Shown: positions 21,172-32,881 of the stretch, piece after piece | Position numbering within the stretch: position 1 is the first letter of the stretch | Layout: the number at the start of each line of letters is the position of its first letter | Origin: an uncultured Planctomycetota bacterium | Lineage (GTDB): Bacteria; Planctomycetota; Planctomycetia; Pirellulales; Lacipirellulaceae | Length of the DNA stretch: 64,000 bases | Assembly (NCBI GenBank): GCA_963719315.1 | Contig: CAVRBU010000002.1 | Span: 1,120,001 to 1,184,000, forward strand | Reading direction: 5' to 3' | Program-made: the position numbers and the translations under genes | Notes under the pieces: model-generated | Database searches by the model: none | What the model saw: the letters and a program-made list of their open reading frames with translations, nothing else | Told to the model about the DNA's origin: nothing

Positions 21172-21570
21172 TTAAATGAAGGCGGCAGGTAAAACGTTGA
21201 ATCGTCGTGCGAGCGCTCGCACTTGTTCGATGCTCAATTCCTCTTTTCCTGCGAGATACCGTTCGATGACTTCGAGCGGGCCTACCTCAGGCAGGTCCAA
21301 GGCAGATAAGCCGTGCTCCTCCATCAGGAATTGAAGCAATCCGTGGCCGCTAGATTTTGGAATGTCGTGGTGTTCAGCCTCGTAGATGTGGACGAGTGTA
21401 CCCAGTGTATCTAGCAGGCTGTAGAGCGGGTGCGCTTCGTTGGTGCCGATTTCATCAAGTAGCGCATTTAGCCTAGAGACAGCTGCATTGTACTCTTCTT
21501 CGCTACGCAATAAAAAGAGCGGCGCTATGGGTGGCCAATGTGTTTGTAGATCCGCGATTTGCGCGTTCAT
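21172..21570 (-). CDS. higA: HigA-type HTH antitoxin
   Basis: [53 protein letters not shown] overlap with toxin stop. Confidence 0.85.
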   Translation of the reverse strand: MNAQIADLQTHWPPIAPLFLLRSEEEYNAAVSRLNALLDEIGTNEAHPLYSLLDTLGTLVHIYEAEHHDIPKSSGHGLLQFLMEEHGLSALDLPEVGPLEVIERYLAGKEELSIEQVRALARRFNVLPAAFI

Positions 21571-21853
21571 TGCTGCCAGTCTCCCCGATCATACTCCGAA
21601 TGAGTCAAAACATGACGGACATACACTTTGCGGCGGTTGTAATGGATGGATGCGATCAGGCGATATTTGTTTCCGCCGATGTTGAAGACGGTCAACTCAC
21701 CAACAATGTCTGCGGACGGAAAGTTTCTCGCAATTCGGCGAAGGCGCTAAAATCCGACGTGCTCACAATTGTGTGCCAACGGCGAAGCGGCTGCTCGCTG
21801 TCGGGGCACCCCTCCCAGAATGTTCGCAGCGCATTGCGGGAAATAACGTGCAT
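21567..21853 (-). CDS. higB: HigB-family toxin; apparent 1-bp frameshift near 21718-21722
   Basis: [13 protein letters not shown]...ELRETF then shifted frame [44 protein letters not shown]. Confidence 0.85.
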
Positions 21854-21863
21854 TTCCTTGTCA

Positions 21864-21893
21864 ATTATAGGTTTGGGTCGTGATGATTTGCAA
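21864..21893 (-). promoter_or_regulatory. Sigma70-like promoter of higBA
   Basis: TTGCAA-N18-TATAAT followed by AAGGA and the ATG. Confidence 0.55.
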
Positions 21894-22058
21894 CGCAAGC
21901 CGGGGAATGCGTCGCCGCGTACGTCCGCAGCGTCAGTTACGCAAGCAATTCGAGACCGCAGGGCTGAGCGACCTCGGCTTCTTTCGGTATATTCAGTCGT
22001 AACGTCGCGTATTGACTCGCAAGGTTCTTCACCCTTGCCCCCAGCCCCAAGCCCCGCA

Positions 22059-23165
22059 ATGGCCAAAGCTACTTACAAAGATTCCGGCGTCGATCTCGAT
22101 ATTTATCGCAAGTCGATGTCGCGATTGCCGCGGTTGTTGGGGCGGACACATTCTCCACGGGTCCTCGCGAATGAGGGCGGCTTTGCGGGGTTGTTTCAGC
22201 TCGATTTTTCAGATGGACTGTTTGCGCGGAAGTATCAGGATCCGGTACTGATTTCAGGGACGGATGGCGTCGGAACAAAGCTGAAGGTCGCGCAGCGGGC
22301 GGGCGTCCATAGCACGGTCGGCATCGATCTGGTGGCGATGTGCGTAAACGATGTACTGTGCTGCGGGGCGGAGCCGCTGTTCTTTTTGGATTACGTGGCG
22401 ATGGGGCGGGATGATCCGGCGCTGTTGGAAGCCATCGTGCAGGGCATCAGCGATGGCTGCGTGGTGAGCAACATGGCGCTCATCGGCGGCGAGACGGCGA
22501 TCATGCCGGATTTGTATCAGGCGGACGACTACGATCTGGCCGGGTTTTGCGTCGGCGTCGTCGAGCGGGCAAAGGTGCTGGATGGCACGACGATTTCGCC
22601 GGGCGACGTGGTGATCGGCGTCGCTTCCAGCGGGATCCACTCGAATGGCTTCAGCTTGGTCCGCAAGATTGTTTTTGACATCGCGAAGCTGGATGCGACC
22701 GTTCCATTGCCGTCCGATCTTGTGGGAGCGGTCGCCGACCGCGAATCGGCGTCGGAGGCGCCTCCCACAACAGTGGGCGAAGTGCTGCTCACGCCGACGA
22801 CGATTTACACGCGCGCGGTCCGTGGGGTCCTCGCGCATTACAAAGTCAAGAGCGTCGTGCACGGGATCGCGCACATCACGGGCGGAGGAGTTTTTGAAAA
22901 CCTCGACCGCATTCTACCTCCCGGAATCGGCGTTACCATCGATCGCGGCAGTTGGCCGATTCCCCCTGTCTTCGCGTGGCTCCAAAAGTTGGGCGATGTG
23001 GATGATGACGAGATGTATCGCGTCTTCAATATGGGCGTCGGCTTAGCGCTCGTGGTCAGCCGTTACTATGCGGAAAGTATCCAACAGCAAATGGCGAAGA
23101 CAGGCCACGCGAGTTGGGTAATCGGCCGCGCGGTGCCGGGCAATCAGACGGTCAAGTGGGCGTGA
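22059..23165 (+). CDS. purM: Phosphoribosylformylglycinamidine cyclo-ligase
   Basis: [59 protein letters not shown]. Confidence 0.97.
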   Translation: MAKATYKDSGVDLDIYRKSMSRLPRLLGRTHSPRVLANEGGFAGLFQLDFSDGLFARKYQDPVLISGTDGVGTKLKVAQRAGVHSTVGIDLVAMCVNDVLCCGAEPLFFLDYVAMGRDDPALLEAIVQGISDGCVVSNMALIGGETAIMPDLYQADDYDLAGFCVGVVERAKVLDGTTISPGDVVIGVASSGIHSNGFSLVRKIVFDIAKLDATVPLPSDLVGAVADRESASEAPPTTVGEVLLTPTTIYTRAVRGVLAHYKVKSVVHGIAHITGGGVFENLDRILPPGIGVTIDRGSWPIPPVFAWLQKLGDVDDDEMYRVFNMGVGLALVVSRYYAESIQQQMAKTGHASWVIGRAVPGNQTVKWA

Positions 23166-23213
23166 TGGGTGCGTTCCACCACATTCCGCGACCAGCGGTC
23201 GCGACTTTATGGG

Positions 23214-25839
23214 TCAGCGATTGAGTGCGGTTGGAACTTCGCCTGGTTGTGAACCGACCGTGATTTCGGTGGAGGCCCGGCGGTTCTTTGCTTCGGCAAT
23301 GGCCTCGATAATATCCTTCTGCCGGTAGCCGTTGATGAACACGATCGGCTCGTAAGGTGCGCGACCTGGGAAGATAGCGATTACCGGAATACCTTCGGAG
23401 CCAAGCGCGTTGATGGTGCGCTTGATTTCGGGTGAATAGTCGGTATAGTCCGCATACATCGTGACAACATCTGAACTCTTGATGGCTTGTTCAACGGGCT
23501 CGGTATGCAACACGAGTTTCTCGAGGACCTTGCAAGTTGGGCACCACCCGGCAGAGAAATCGACAAGAACTGTCTTCCCCTCTGTGACGGCCACCTGATG
23601 CAAACGCTCGAGCGAGAACGGTTGCCATCCTTTGTCGGCGGGTGCCATTGCGATTCGGTACATGAAACCGAAGACTCCGATGAATAGGAGGAGCACAACA
23701 ATCGAGCCAGCCCATGCCTTCGCGCGTGCGGCAAATTCTGCCGTCAACGGTGTACGAGCTACATACCAACAGGCGACGCCGACGCCAAGTAGCAAGATGA
23801 GCGTCGGGACAACGGCGCGCTCGTCAACGTACGAGAGTATATACACGACGGTCCCCAAGAGCAGGAAACCGCTAATCTGTTTGAAGGTCTCCATCCAAGC
23901 CCCTGGCTTGGGCAAGAATCGCAGTAGCTCAGGGAAAACGCCGATCACGAGATACGGACTGGCCATTCCAAGCCCGACCGTGCCAAATACCATCAATGTG
24001 GTCGCGACCGGTTGCGATACGCCCCAGGTAATGGCAGCGGCCATGAGCGGAGCAGTGCACGGCGTGGCGAGAATTGTAGTAACAACACCTTTTAGAAACG
24101 CGCCCAACGGCCCTTCTTTCGCGGCAGCCGACTGAACAGACCCGCTCCCGAAGAAGCCGGGAATTGGAATTTCCCACACTCCGAGAAGGCTGAGTGCCAT
24201 CGCAAATACGACGGCAGAAATCGTCACATTGAATGCCACGCTTCCATTCTGCCCACCCCAGCCCAACCCCTCCGCGCCGAGGCCAAGACGCGGCAGCGAA
24301 GCTAACACTGCAAGTACTAAGAACACTGAAATAATGCCGGCTGCAAACCACACGTTCAGGAAAAACGCATGGCCACGGCTTTTACCCGATTGCTCGACGA
24401 AGCTCATCACCTTGAGGCCAATCACAGGCAGAACGCACGGCATTAGATTGAGAATCAGGCCGCCCACGAACGCGATCGCGAAATAATACGAGAGTGAACC
24501 TTGCGCGGCGCCCTGTAGCGCGATGCGACTGAGCTCGTAGGTGCCCGTGGACGACGACGTTTCGTTGCCGGCCGGCGCCTGTACGGGGGGCGGGTTGGCG
24601 GCGGTCACTTCGTGCCGGCCCGTCGGCTGTCCATAGAAATCGGCCAGCGCGGCAGCCGCAGCGGCGACTTTCGGGTAGCTGTCGCCGGGGGCGAACGTCA
24701 GCAGCGCGTCGGCGTGGCTTGGCTCGGCAGCGACTTTGAGCGTCGTGGCAAACCGCACCGCGGCCGGCATTTCGCAATTGTTCTGCCCCGGTCCGCCGCT
24801 AGTGCAGACTTGAAAGCCGATAAGCCCCGCGATCGCGTACTCGCCGAGCGGCGCGTTTTTTGGAACTTCAATCCGCTGCGTCCAAGTAACGCTTCCCTCG
24901 TGGTACCGCATCACACCGAACGTCGGATTGGAGTTGTCGACAATTGGTACGGCGTCCGTCGAGGGTGGCTGCGGCAGCAGGCCACCGGCGGTTTGAATTG
25001 CAATCAGCGTGGGTTTCGAGCCGCTTGTCGCGTCACGCTCGGCCAGCGCGAAAATATGAGCGTGCTCGGGCACGGTCGCGGTGATGTGCAACTCGGCCGA
25101 CTCACCGGGCGCGACGGCCGACGGCACGAGCCGGCCGCTGAACTTCGCCGACGAACCCTTAGGCTGGTAGCTGGCGACGGTCGATTGCGAATGTCCATTG
25201 GCCGATTCGAGTGGCCAACCTTCGATGTGGACTCCAAGTTTGGCGGACGTGTCTTCATGGGCGATGAAGTCGTTGTTCACCGGAACACATGAACCACCCG
25301 CCTGACAGACGACCATGTGGATCGAGCCGTGAATCTCCAGCCTCTTCGGGTCGACGCCGGCCGTAATCTCGATGGGCGCATACCAAGTGACTTCGCCTTC
25401 GTGCTCTTCGATCTTGAGACCGGTCCAAACGGGACCGGTTTCAATATGAACATTGGGCGGCGGCTGCGACCGGAAGGGGGAGAGCAAACGATAGTCGTTG
25501 GACCGGGCCAACTCGATTTTTGTCGGTTGCGGCCCACCCGGTGGTTGTGCGAGCGAATAGGCGTGCTTACCCGGCGCAATTTGGGCGGTGATCGAGAGAA
25601 TGGCAGGCTGGTCGGCCGTTGCGCTTGTGAAGCGCGAAGTGATCGTGGCCGGCTCGCCGAAATCAGCTACCGAGCCATCGAATCGGCCAACGATGCCCGG
25701 GGCGGAGAGATTCTGTGCATCGAACGGGCTAGAATTTTGATTTTGCGCTGGCGGCACCGATCGCCGCCAGCGACACAACCAGGGCAAAAAGGTACGGAAC
25801 GATTTGGCGCACGTATGGGTTCCTAATTCGTGTGGGCAT
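23214..25839 (-). CDS. dsbD: DsbD-family thiol:disulfide interchange protein with C-terminal thioredoxin; apparent frameshift near 25742
   Basis: LNLMPCVLPV, LATPCTAP, LPKPGAWM, DFSAGWCPTCK; signal peptide from ATG 25839 is one base out of frame at the TTTT run 25741-25744. Confidence 0.8.
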
Positions 25840-25904
25840 CCCGATAATTTTACTCGGTCGACGAATGTAGGCCTACTGGGGAATCAGGCCAGATGACTGT
25901 GTTC

Positions 25905-25963
25905 GAAGCACGCAGCGCAAGCAAAAGATTGGCCTGGCGTCCCTTGCTTGCGCTGCGGGCTTC
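25905..25963. repeat. REP-like dyad, AAGCCCGCAGCGCAAG family (also 58016-58040 and 61097-61150)
   Basis: GAAGCACGCAGCGCAAGCAA...TTGCTTGCGCTGCGGGCTTC; same arm recurs at two other intergenic sites. Confidence 0.85.
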
Positions 25964-27011
25964 AATCCGGAGCAGCAGAAATAATGGCGGCGACAATCCG
26001 GCGAAAGCGGCCGATTATCTGTGGCCGGTATTCGAATTGTCGCTCCTCGACGTAAATCCAACGGATCCAATTGTAGCCGGCGAGGATGTTGCCACTTGTG
26101 TTGAGGGCGTATGCTGCGCGGGTTTCAGCCGGGGAGAGTGGGCGGATGGTGTTGTATGCGACAAGTCCATCTCGCCAAATGTTAGAGATGTTCGTCGAAC
26201 CCTCCCCTTGCCCCTCCCAAAAAGGGAGGGGAGCTTGAGCAGCCAAACTGCCGAGGAGACGGGCGATGTCGGTCGCGGGGGTGTCGATGTCGACCGCGCC
26301 GAAATCGATCAAACCGGCGACTTCCTCGCCGGTGAAGAGGACATGGTCGTGCCAGATATCGCGCAGGCAGGGTTGAAGTGGGAGAGGCGAATTGGCCAAC
26401 GGTTCGAGTTGGGCGATTGCGCGTGAGATGGCTTGAGGCAGTTGGGCTAGGAATTGGTACGCGAGGGGGGCGAGGTCAGGCCAGGTGGTGTCGCGGATGG
26501 AGTACGCGAGATTGTTGATTTCGTTGGAACTTAGTTCGCAGACGCGACCGAGGTGGCGAGTGACCGCATTGACACCCCCGGCTGTGCCGGGGGCTGCCGG
26601 ATGTGCGAAGTCGGCGACTGCGTTGTGAAATTGAGCGAGAACTCGCATCGCGGCGCGGAGCTTTTCAAGGCTTGGCGCGGTGTTGAAGTCAGCGACGCCG
26701 GGCATCCGGGGGGCGAGTTCCCATAAATGGCCGGCGTGGGAAACGAACGATTGCCCCGCTTGCGTCGTAGCAGGAAATGGAACGAATTCGCAACCGCGAT
26801 TCGACGCGTGGCGAAGAACGGAGTGAATAAACTGTAGCCGGGCCGGCGGCGGGTACTCGACTGGCCAGCGGCGGAGAATCAAATCGCCCCGCGGGGCAGC
26901 AATACTCCAGAATTGCGCGCCGCTCAGGCCGCCGGCCGAGCCTAGTGGCTCGATGTGCGCGGACTGGCAATCAAGCGGGTATTTTGCCAAAACGTCGTGG
27001 ATTTCGAGCAT
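25962..27011 (-). CDS. APH/homoserine kinase type II-like phosphotransferase
   Basis: GGLSGAQFW, LAQFH, CLRDIWHDHVLF, GLIDFG, DIARLL. Confidence 0.8.
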   Translation of the reverse strand: MLEIHDVLAKYPLDCQSAHIEPLGSAGGLSGAQFWSIAAPRGDLILRRWPVEYPPPARLQFIHSVLRHASNRGCEFVPFPATTQAGQSFVSHAGHLWELAPRMPGVADFNTAPSLEKLRAAMRVLAQFHNAVADFAHPAAPGTAGGVNAVTRHLGRVCELSSNEINNLAYSIRDTTWPDLAPLAYQFLAQLPQAISRAIAQLEPLANSPLPLQPCLRDIWHDHVLFTGEEVAGLIDFGAVDIDTPATDIARLLGSLAAQAPLPFWEGQGEGSTNISNIWRDGLVAYNTIRPLSPAETRAAYALNTSGNILAGYNWIRWIYVEERQFEYRPQIIGRFRRIVAAIISAAPD

Positions 27012-27250
27012 TTATTAGTAGCGGTCAATACACCTGGAACACCGCGGACGACTTCGATCGCGCCAGGGCCAATTTGAGACCTGGGCGGACGGCTTGCGGA
27101 GCATGCCTGTTACAATAAGGTCTTTACTGCACGCTTTATGCGTGAAAAATGGGGTATATTCACCAGGGCCATTCTACACGCACTTCGTTGATCCCCACCC
27201 ACTGTGCGGGCCGCAGACGGCCGCAACTCTTAGCAGGCAAGGTATTTATC

Positions 27251-30077
27251 ATGCGTTTGACTCCCCGTTTGGATTTGTCGCTAGTCGTATTCTCTGTTGC
27301 GGCGGCGCTGCTCATGCTTAGTCCGCAGGCCTCGTTGCGAGCCGCAGATTTGGAACAATTGCTACAAGCCGCGGCAGAAAACGCGAAACCTAAGACCGAC
27401 AACCCCCACAAGGCGACGGACGGCGCGGGCGACAAAGCCAAGGACGAAGGCAACGGCGCCAAGAAGGACGAAGACACAGCCGCCAAACCGGCTCAGAAGC
27501 CGAACAGCGATGCACCGGCCGAAAAGAAGAAACCGAAGTATCCGCCCTACGCCGAACTGCTCAAAGATACGCAGAAACTCGAAGGTCTCGTCACGTTGCA
27601 TCGCAAAGACGACACCTTGTTCGCCGAAATAGGTCCTCGGCAATTAGACCGCGATTACATCGTCCTGATTACGATTGCTCGCGGCATCGGCCAGACGCCA
27701 ATTCTGGGTGGCTTCAGTTGGGGCTTCGGCGATGATGCCGTCTGGCAATTCCGCAAAGCGGGCGAGAACCTTCAACTCGTGCGGCGGAATGTGCGGTTTA
27801 TCGCCGATAAGGGTAGCCCGACCGAACGGGCCGTGAAGTTTGCGTACACCGACAGCGTGTTGTTCAGCCTGCCTATTCGCACTGTCAGCCCGCAGGGCGC
27901 GTTTGTCGTGGATTTGACGCCGGTGTTCATGAGCGACTTGCCGCAGATCGGGTTCGTGTTGCCGGGATTCTCGTTTTCAGCCAATAAGTCGACGTGGTCC
28001 GAAGTGGATGTGTTGCCGAAAAACGTCGAGTTGGGCGTGGCTGCCACGTATGCCTCAAGCGGCATGGCCAACATTGATTCCGTTCCGGACACGCGCGGTG
28101 TGACAATTGACGTGCATTACTCGATTAGCGAGCTGCCACAAACTTCCTATCGGCCGCGACTGGCCGATGACCGGATTGGATACTTCGTAACGGCACTTAA
28201 GGATTTCTCGAAGAAAGAAAGCGACGACGATCGGTTTGTGCGATATATCAATCGCTGGAACTTGGAGAAATCGGACCCGACTGCTGAGATGTCCACGCCG
28301 AAGGAGCCAATCATCTTCTGGCTCGAAAAAACGATCCCATTCAAATACCGCAAGCCGATTCGCGACGGCATTCTGGAGTGGAACAAAGCCTTTGCCAAAG
28401 CGGGCTTTTATGACGCGGTGGAAGTCCGCCAGCAGCCAGAGGATGCGCCATGGGATCCGGGTGATATTCGCTATAACACGTTCCGCTGGATGACGGCGGA
28501 AGCTGGCTTCGCGATGGGCCCCTCGCGCGTGAATCCGACGACCGGGCAGATTCTGGACGCCGACATTATTTTTGATTCCGACTTCCTCCAAGTCTGGAAG
28601 CAGGATTACGAAACCTTTACCCCCGCCAGCGTAGCGGCCCTCACGGGTGGGGCAATTACGCTCGAAGATTACCGGGCCGATATGAAGCGGATGCCCGCCT
28701 ACATGCAGGAAATGCACGGGGCGAATTGCACGTGCAGCATGTTGGGCGGTATGTCGCGGCAACTTGCACTTGGAGCTTCCGTGATGGCCACACGCAAACG
28801 CAGCGAGGCCGACTTCGACAAGCTCGTCATGCAGGGGTTGAAGGAAATCACAATGCACGAGGCCGGCCACACGCTCGGCCTCATGCACAACTTCAAGGCC
28901 AGTGCTCTGTATTCCCTCGCGGACGCGAACAATGTGGAAAAGACTCGCGATACCGGCATCGGCGCGTCCGTTATGGACTACAACCCGGTGAACATCATGC
29001 CCTCGGGCGAAACGCAAGGCGATTATTTCTCGACCACGATCGGCCCGTATGACATGTGGGCCATTTCGTATGGCTACACGCCGATTAAGGCCAGTTCGCC
29101 GGATGCTGAATTGAAGGAATTACAGAAGATCGCGTCGCGAAGTGGCGAGCCCGGTCTCGCGTTCTCCACGGACGACGATGCCCGCGGTATCGATCCCGAT
29201 CCGCACAGCATGCGATTCGACTTGAGCAACGATTTAGTCGAGTACGCGAAATCGCAGGCGAAGCTAGTGGCCGAATGTCTGCAGAACGTGATCGACGATT
29301 CGACGAAGGACGGCGACGGCTACCAACGGGCGCGGCGCATGTTCGGCATTCTCCTTTCGCAACACGGCAAGGCGATGTTCGACGCTTCGCGTTATATCGG
29401 CGGATTGTACGTGAGCCGCAGCCACAAGGGCGATGCCAAGGCGCCGAAACCGTTGGAAGTTGTGCCAGCCGAGAAGCAACGGGCAGCGCTCGGCTTGTTG
29501 GAAGATCAGGTGTTTAACGACAAACCTTTCAATTTCCCACCGGACCTTTACAACCAACTAGCGGCGTCGCACTGGGACCATTGGGGTTCCCAAATCGCCG
29601 ATCGCGGCGACTTTCCGGCGCACGATGTCATCTTGATGTGGCAGGATCGGATTCTGAGCAAGCTGATGTCGCCGCTAACGCTTGCACGGCTCCACGACAG
29701 CGAACTCAAAACGGCGCCCGACGTTCAACGCGCTGACGACCGCCGAACTCATCGAACGGTTGACGAAGGCCGTCTATTCGGAAGTCGACACGACGAAGGA
29801 AGGCGAGTTCACGAATCGCAAGCCGGCCATTTCGAGCTTGCGCCGAAACCTGCAGCGGACATATCTGAGACGGATTTCGCAGTTGGCGCTCGGCCAGACT
29901 TCGGCCCCCGAGGACTGCCAGACCGTGGCCTACGCAGAACTCGGCAAGCTCAAGACGCGAATCGATTCCCTCACGGGTGGCCCGGTCAAGCTCGACAGCT
30001 ATTCGAAAGCCCACCTGCAGGAAACCTCGGCTCGAATCGCCAAGGTCTTGGATGCGCGGATGTTCGTTTCTCCGTAG
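27251..30077 (+). CDS. Secreted zinc-dependent metalloprotease (DUF5117/DUF4953, metzincin-like); apparent frameshift near 29724
   Basis: RPRLADDRIGYF, HEAGHTLGLMHNF, SVMDY Met-turn, GPYDMWAISYGY; C-terminus continues in ORF 29682-30077. Confidence 0.85.
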
Positions 30078-30179
30078 CTTGGACTCGCTGATCGCTCGAT
30101 TCGTTCTCGTATCCGCCAGTTCATTTTGGTACAATCGAACTGCGCACATTGTGCACAAACATTGATTGAAAGGCGAGCG

Positions 30180-30389
30180 ATGAAAGCCGTCATGGCCAAC
30201 GTGCCGGAACACATTCTAGAATGGCGACGCCGCACCGGCGCCAACCTATGGGAATATCGGCTTCGTGAGCAGGGCGCCCACGGTTGGATACGAAGCGACG
30301 TGGCAAGCGTCGAAATGCGGGCGGCAGCAGACGATGAACTGGAAATTCGCGTTGCCGGCCAAGACGAAACTTTGGCGAAGCTGCCATGA
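30180..30389 (+). pseudogene. Probable Uma2-family nuclease remnant with internal in-frame deletion
   Basis: MKAVMANVPEHILEWRRRTGANLW joined directly to EY...GWIRSDVASVEMR...LEIRVAG...LP; no PD-(D/E)xK core; family recognition from memory. Confidence 0.5.
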
Positions 30390-30733
30390 AAATGATCTTT
30401 GCCGTCATTCAGCCGACCAAGCTCGACGCCGTTCAGCAGGCGCTTGCGCGATTGGATGTGGCGCGGATGACCGTGGGCGACGCCATGGGCTACGCCCGGC
30501 AGCGCGGGCAGCTCGAAACCTATCGCGGCCACGAATATAAGACGAACCTGCTGCGAAAAATCTGCCTGGAAATCGCGGTGAACGACGACTTCGTGGACCG
30601 CACGGTGGAATGCCTGGAGGAGGTCGCCCGCACGAGTGCCGAGGGCCACATCGGCGACGGCAAAATCTTCGTTGTCCCAATGGAACAGGCGATCCAAATC
30701 AGCGACGGCTACAGTGGCAAGGGCGCGATTTGA
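30386..30733 (+). CDS. glnB: P-II nitrogen regulatory protein
   Basis: MKMIFAVIQPTKLD, GYARQRG, YRGHEY T-loop, IGDGKIFV; glnB versus glnK not resolvable. Confidence 0.92.
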   Translation: MKMIFAVIQPTKLDAVQQALARLDVARMTVGDAMGYARQRGQLETYRGHEYKTNLLRKICLEIAVNDDFVDRTVECLEEVARTSAEGHIGDGKIFVVPMEQAIQISDGYSGKGAI

Positions 30734-30738
30734 GCACG

Positions 30739-31086
30739 ATGCGCGTGGTGCTGCTCACCAATGACTTGATGGTCGCTTCCCGCGTTCAAGGAGCCGCAGA
30801 GCGGACCGCGGCGACGGTATGTGTGGCGGCCGGAGTATCGCAAGCGGTCGACCTTCAGGGCATAGAGCCAGTAGACTCCGTGATCGTGGACCTCGCCACC
30901 CCGTCGGTCGACTTACAAGCGCTGGTTCGCGAAATGATATCGGGGACCGAGAAGTCTCCACGCATCGTGGCATTCGGCCCCCACGTGCACGAGAGTCGAC
31001 TGGCGGCCGCGCGCGCTGCCGGTTGCGAGGTGGTGATGAGTCGCGGTCAGTTTTTTGCGCAGGTCGATGCGATACTTGGCGGATGA
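30739..31086 (+). CDS. Receiver-domain-like (CheY-fold) protein
   Basis: RVVLLTNDLM, VIVDL, IVAFGPHV, ARAAGCEVVMSR. Confidence 0.6.
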   Translation: MRVVLLTNDLMVASRVQGAAERTAATVCVAAGVSQAVDLQGIEPVDSVIVDLATPSVDLQALVREMISGTEKSPRIVAFGPHVHESRLAAARAAGCEVVMSRGQFFAQVDAILGG

Positions 31087-31108
31087 GTTCGCAACCGCCA
31101 AAAATGCC

Positions 31109-32476
31109 TCAACCCCGCGCGTCGGCCGGCAGCGCGGCGCCCTGCGCTGCGATTTCGGGCACGCCGGTCGCCGGGTCGTCGGTGAGTGGTGGAATGCCAT
31201 ACTCTTCCGTCTGGTCGACATACACCTCATTCATCTGCACGCCGTCGATATCGCGGCGCAACAGCAGGTAGATTCCCACGGCGGAAACCCAGAGAAAGCC
31301 TGCCTGATAGCCGGCCACGAGGGCCGCGACGAGACCCTTCCAGAAGCGTATCACAATCCGCGTCGCGGAAAGTACGCCATTCAACTCCTGCGGCTGCGCG
31401 AGAGTTTCGGCCGGTGTGGCCGCTGTCTCCGAAGTCGTGTCCTCGGGCACCACTTGAATGGCCGGCGCCTCAGGCGCATCCGCCACCCCCGGCGGCGGCG
31501 GGGCGACCACGGTTCGCATGGTTTCCTTGTCGAGACTCCAATGGATCGACCAATTTCCTAGCGCCACAGCCGATGAAGCGAACAGCGTAACGACGAACAT
31601 GCTGGCTACCGCCAAAAAACCTGCGTAGAGCACGTACCAGAGCAATCGCCAGGGGCGATGATAGGTGTACGCGTAGCTGCGGCTAAGGGCGTCGAATGCA
31701 TCGGTGCCTTCGACGCTGACCGTAGCCCACATCAGCGGCCAGCCAAATAGCGCGCCCATGAGCAAAATGGCCATCATCAATCCTAGCAACAGCACAAATG
31801 GCCAGGCGAGCGCCGCGACGAACGCCAGGACATCGGCTCGCATGACAAACCCCAGCACGACGAGTTGTAGCGCGAACACGGCGGTGCCGGCCAGCGCGAT
31901 GAGCGCCGGCAAACTATACGAAGGCAACTTGGAAGCCGAGTGCCTCAAGGCGGAAAAGATGCCGGGCGCTTCGTCGCGCGTGAATTTCAAGGCGGCGATT
32001 CTGGTGATCGCGCCGCCGAACAAACCCCATACCAATAGTTCCCACACACCGCACAGCAGCAAGAACAAGAATCCTGTCGCCGTCAATTCACTGTGAAATA
32101 ACAGGATGAAGGGACGCGTTACGTACAACCAAATCGAAATCGGGGCGCGCACCAGTGTGGAACTGGCAGCGGACTCAAAAACTTCGCTGGCACTGCGGGC
32201 CCGTGTATTAACCCAAGGGTTCGGCAATCCCTTCTGGAACGAGTCTTCCCAAATGCCGAGATTCGTCGTGCGACGCCATTCGGAGATGACGGGATCGCTG
32301 CTGCGCGAGAACATTCCCGCCAGCAGCCACCACCCCAGCATCGTCGCCAGCAGTCCCGCCGCGCCCAGCAACAGCACGCGAGCCATCAGCGAGATGCGGA
32401 CCGAACGCGTCAATATCAGCCAGGGAAACAATTCGCTCCAAGCGACTTCGCGGATTTTCGTGGGTTGATCGGCCAT
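31109..32476 (-). CDS. Hypothetical multi-pass membrane protein
   Basis: Several hydrophobic helices; DAFDALSRSYAY, YLLLRRDIDG. Confidence 0.75.
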   Translation of the reverse strand: MADQPTKIREVAWSELFPWLILTRSVRISLMARVLLLGAAGLLATMLGWWLLAGMFSRSSDPVISEWRRTTNLGIWEDSFQKGLPNPWVNTRARSASEVFESAASSTLVRAPISIWLYVTRPFILLFHSELTATGFLFLLLCGVWELLVWGLFGGAITRIAALKFTRDEAPGIFSALRHSASKLPSYSLPALIALAGTAVFALQLVVLGFVMRADVLAFVAALAWPFVLLLGLMMAILLMGALFGWPLMWATVSVEGTDAFDALSRSYAYTYHRPWRLLWYVLYAGFLAVASMFVVTLFASSAVALGNWSIHWSLDKETMRTVVAPPPPGVADAPEAPAIQVVPEDTTSETAATPAETLAQPQELNGVLSATRIVIRFWKGLVAALVAGYQAGFLWVSAVGIYLLLRRDIDGVQMNEVYVDQTEEYGIPPLTDDPATGVPEIAAQGAALPADARG

Positions 32477-32616
32477 GGCGTCCAGTAGGGGTTGGTACAT
32501 CAGTGAGCGAGAGTCGCACGGCCCGATTATAAGCAAGGACGCGGCCGATGCCAGGAGCCAGTGAACTCGTTCGTATTCCGCAGTCTTTGGGAACGTCAGA
32601 ATTCTTGCAAAAATCG

Positions 32617-32820
32617 CTACTGGGGATTGTCGTCCCCGTTGCCACGGCGAGCCCAGTCATCGTCCGGTTTCTCGTCGGCTTCCGGATCGGGAATGACCGG
32701 CAGTTGATACGTTTCGCCGAGCCAGCGGCCCAGATCGATCGTCCGGCAGCGCTCGCTGCAGAAGGGCATCGCCGGCGATGCGGCGGACTCGAATTCGCGG
32801 TTGCAGACGGGACAACGCAT
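32617..32820 (-). CDS. yacG: DNA gyrase inhibitor YacG
   Basis: CPVC...PFCSERCRTIDLGRW. Confidence 0.92.
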   Translation of the reverse strand: MRCPVCNREFESAASPAMPFCSERCRTIDLGRWLGETYQLPVIPDPEADEKPDDDWARRGNGDDNPQ

Positions 32821-32881
32821 GGGTTTGGGCAATCAATCCGAGTTTAGCCGCGATGCCAAGGCTCGGCGCAGCGGAGCGCGA

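Noticed and set aside
30048..30112. Degenerate tandem copy of the metalloprotease 3' end
   Set aside because: About 30 bp needing several gaps; indistinguishable from chance by eye
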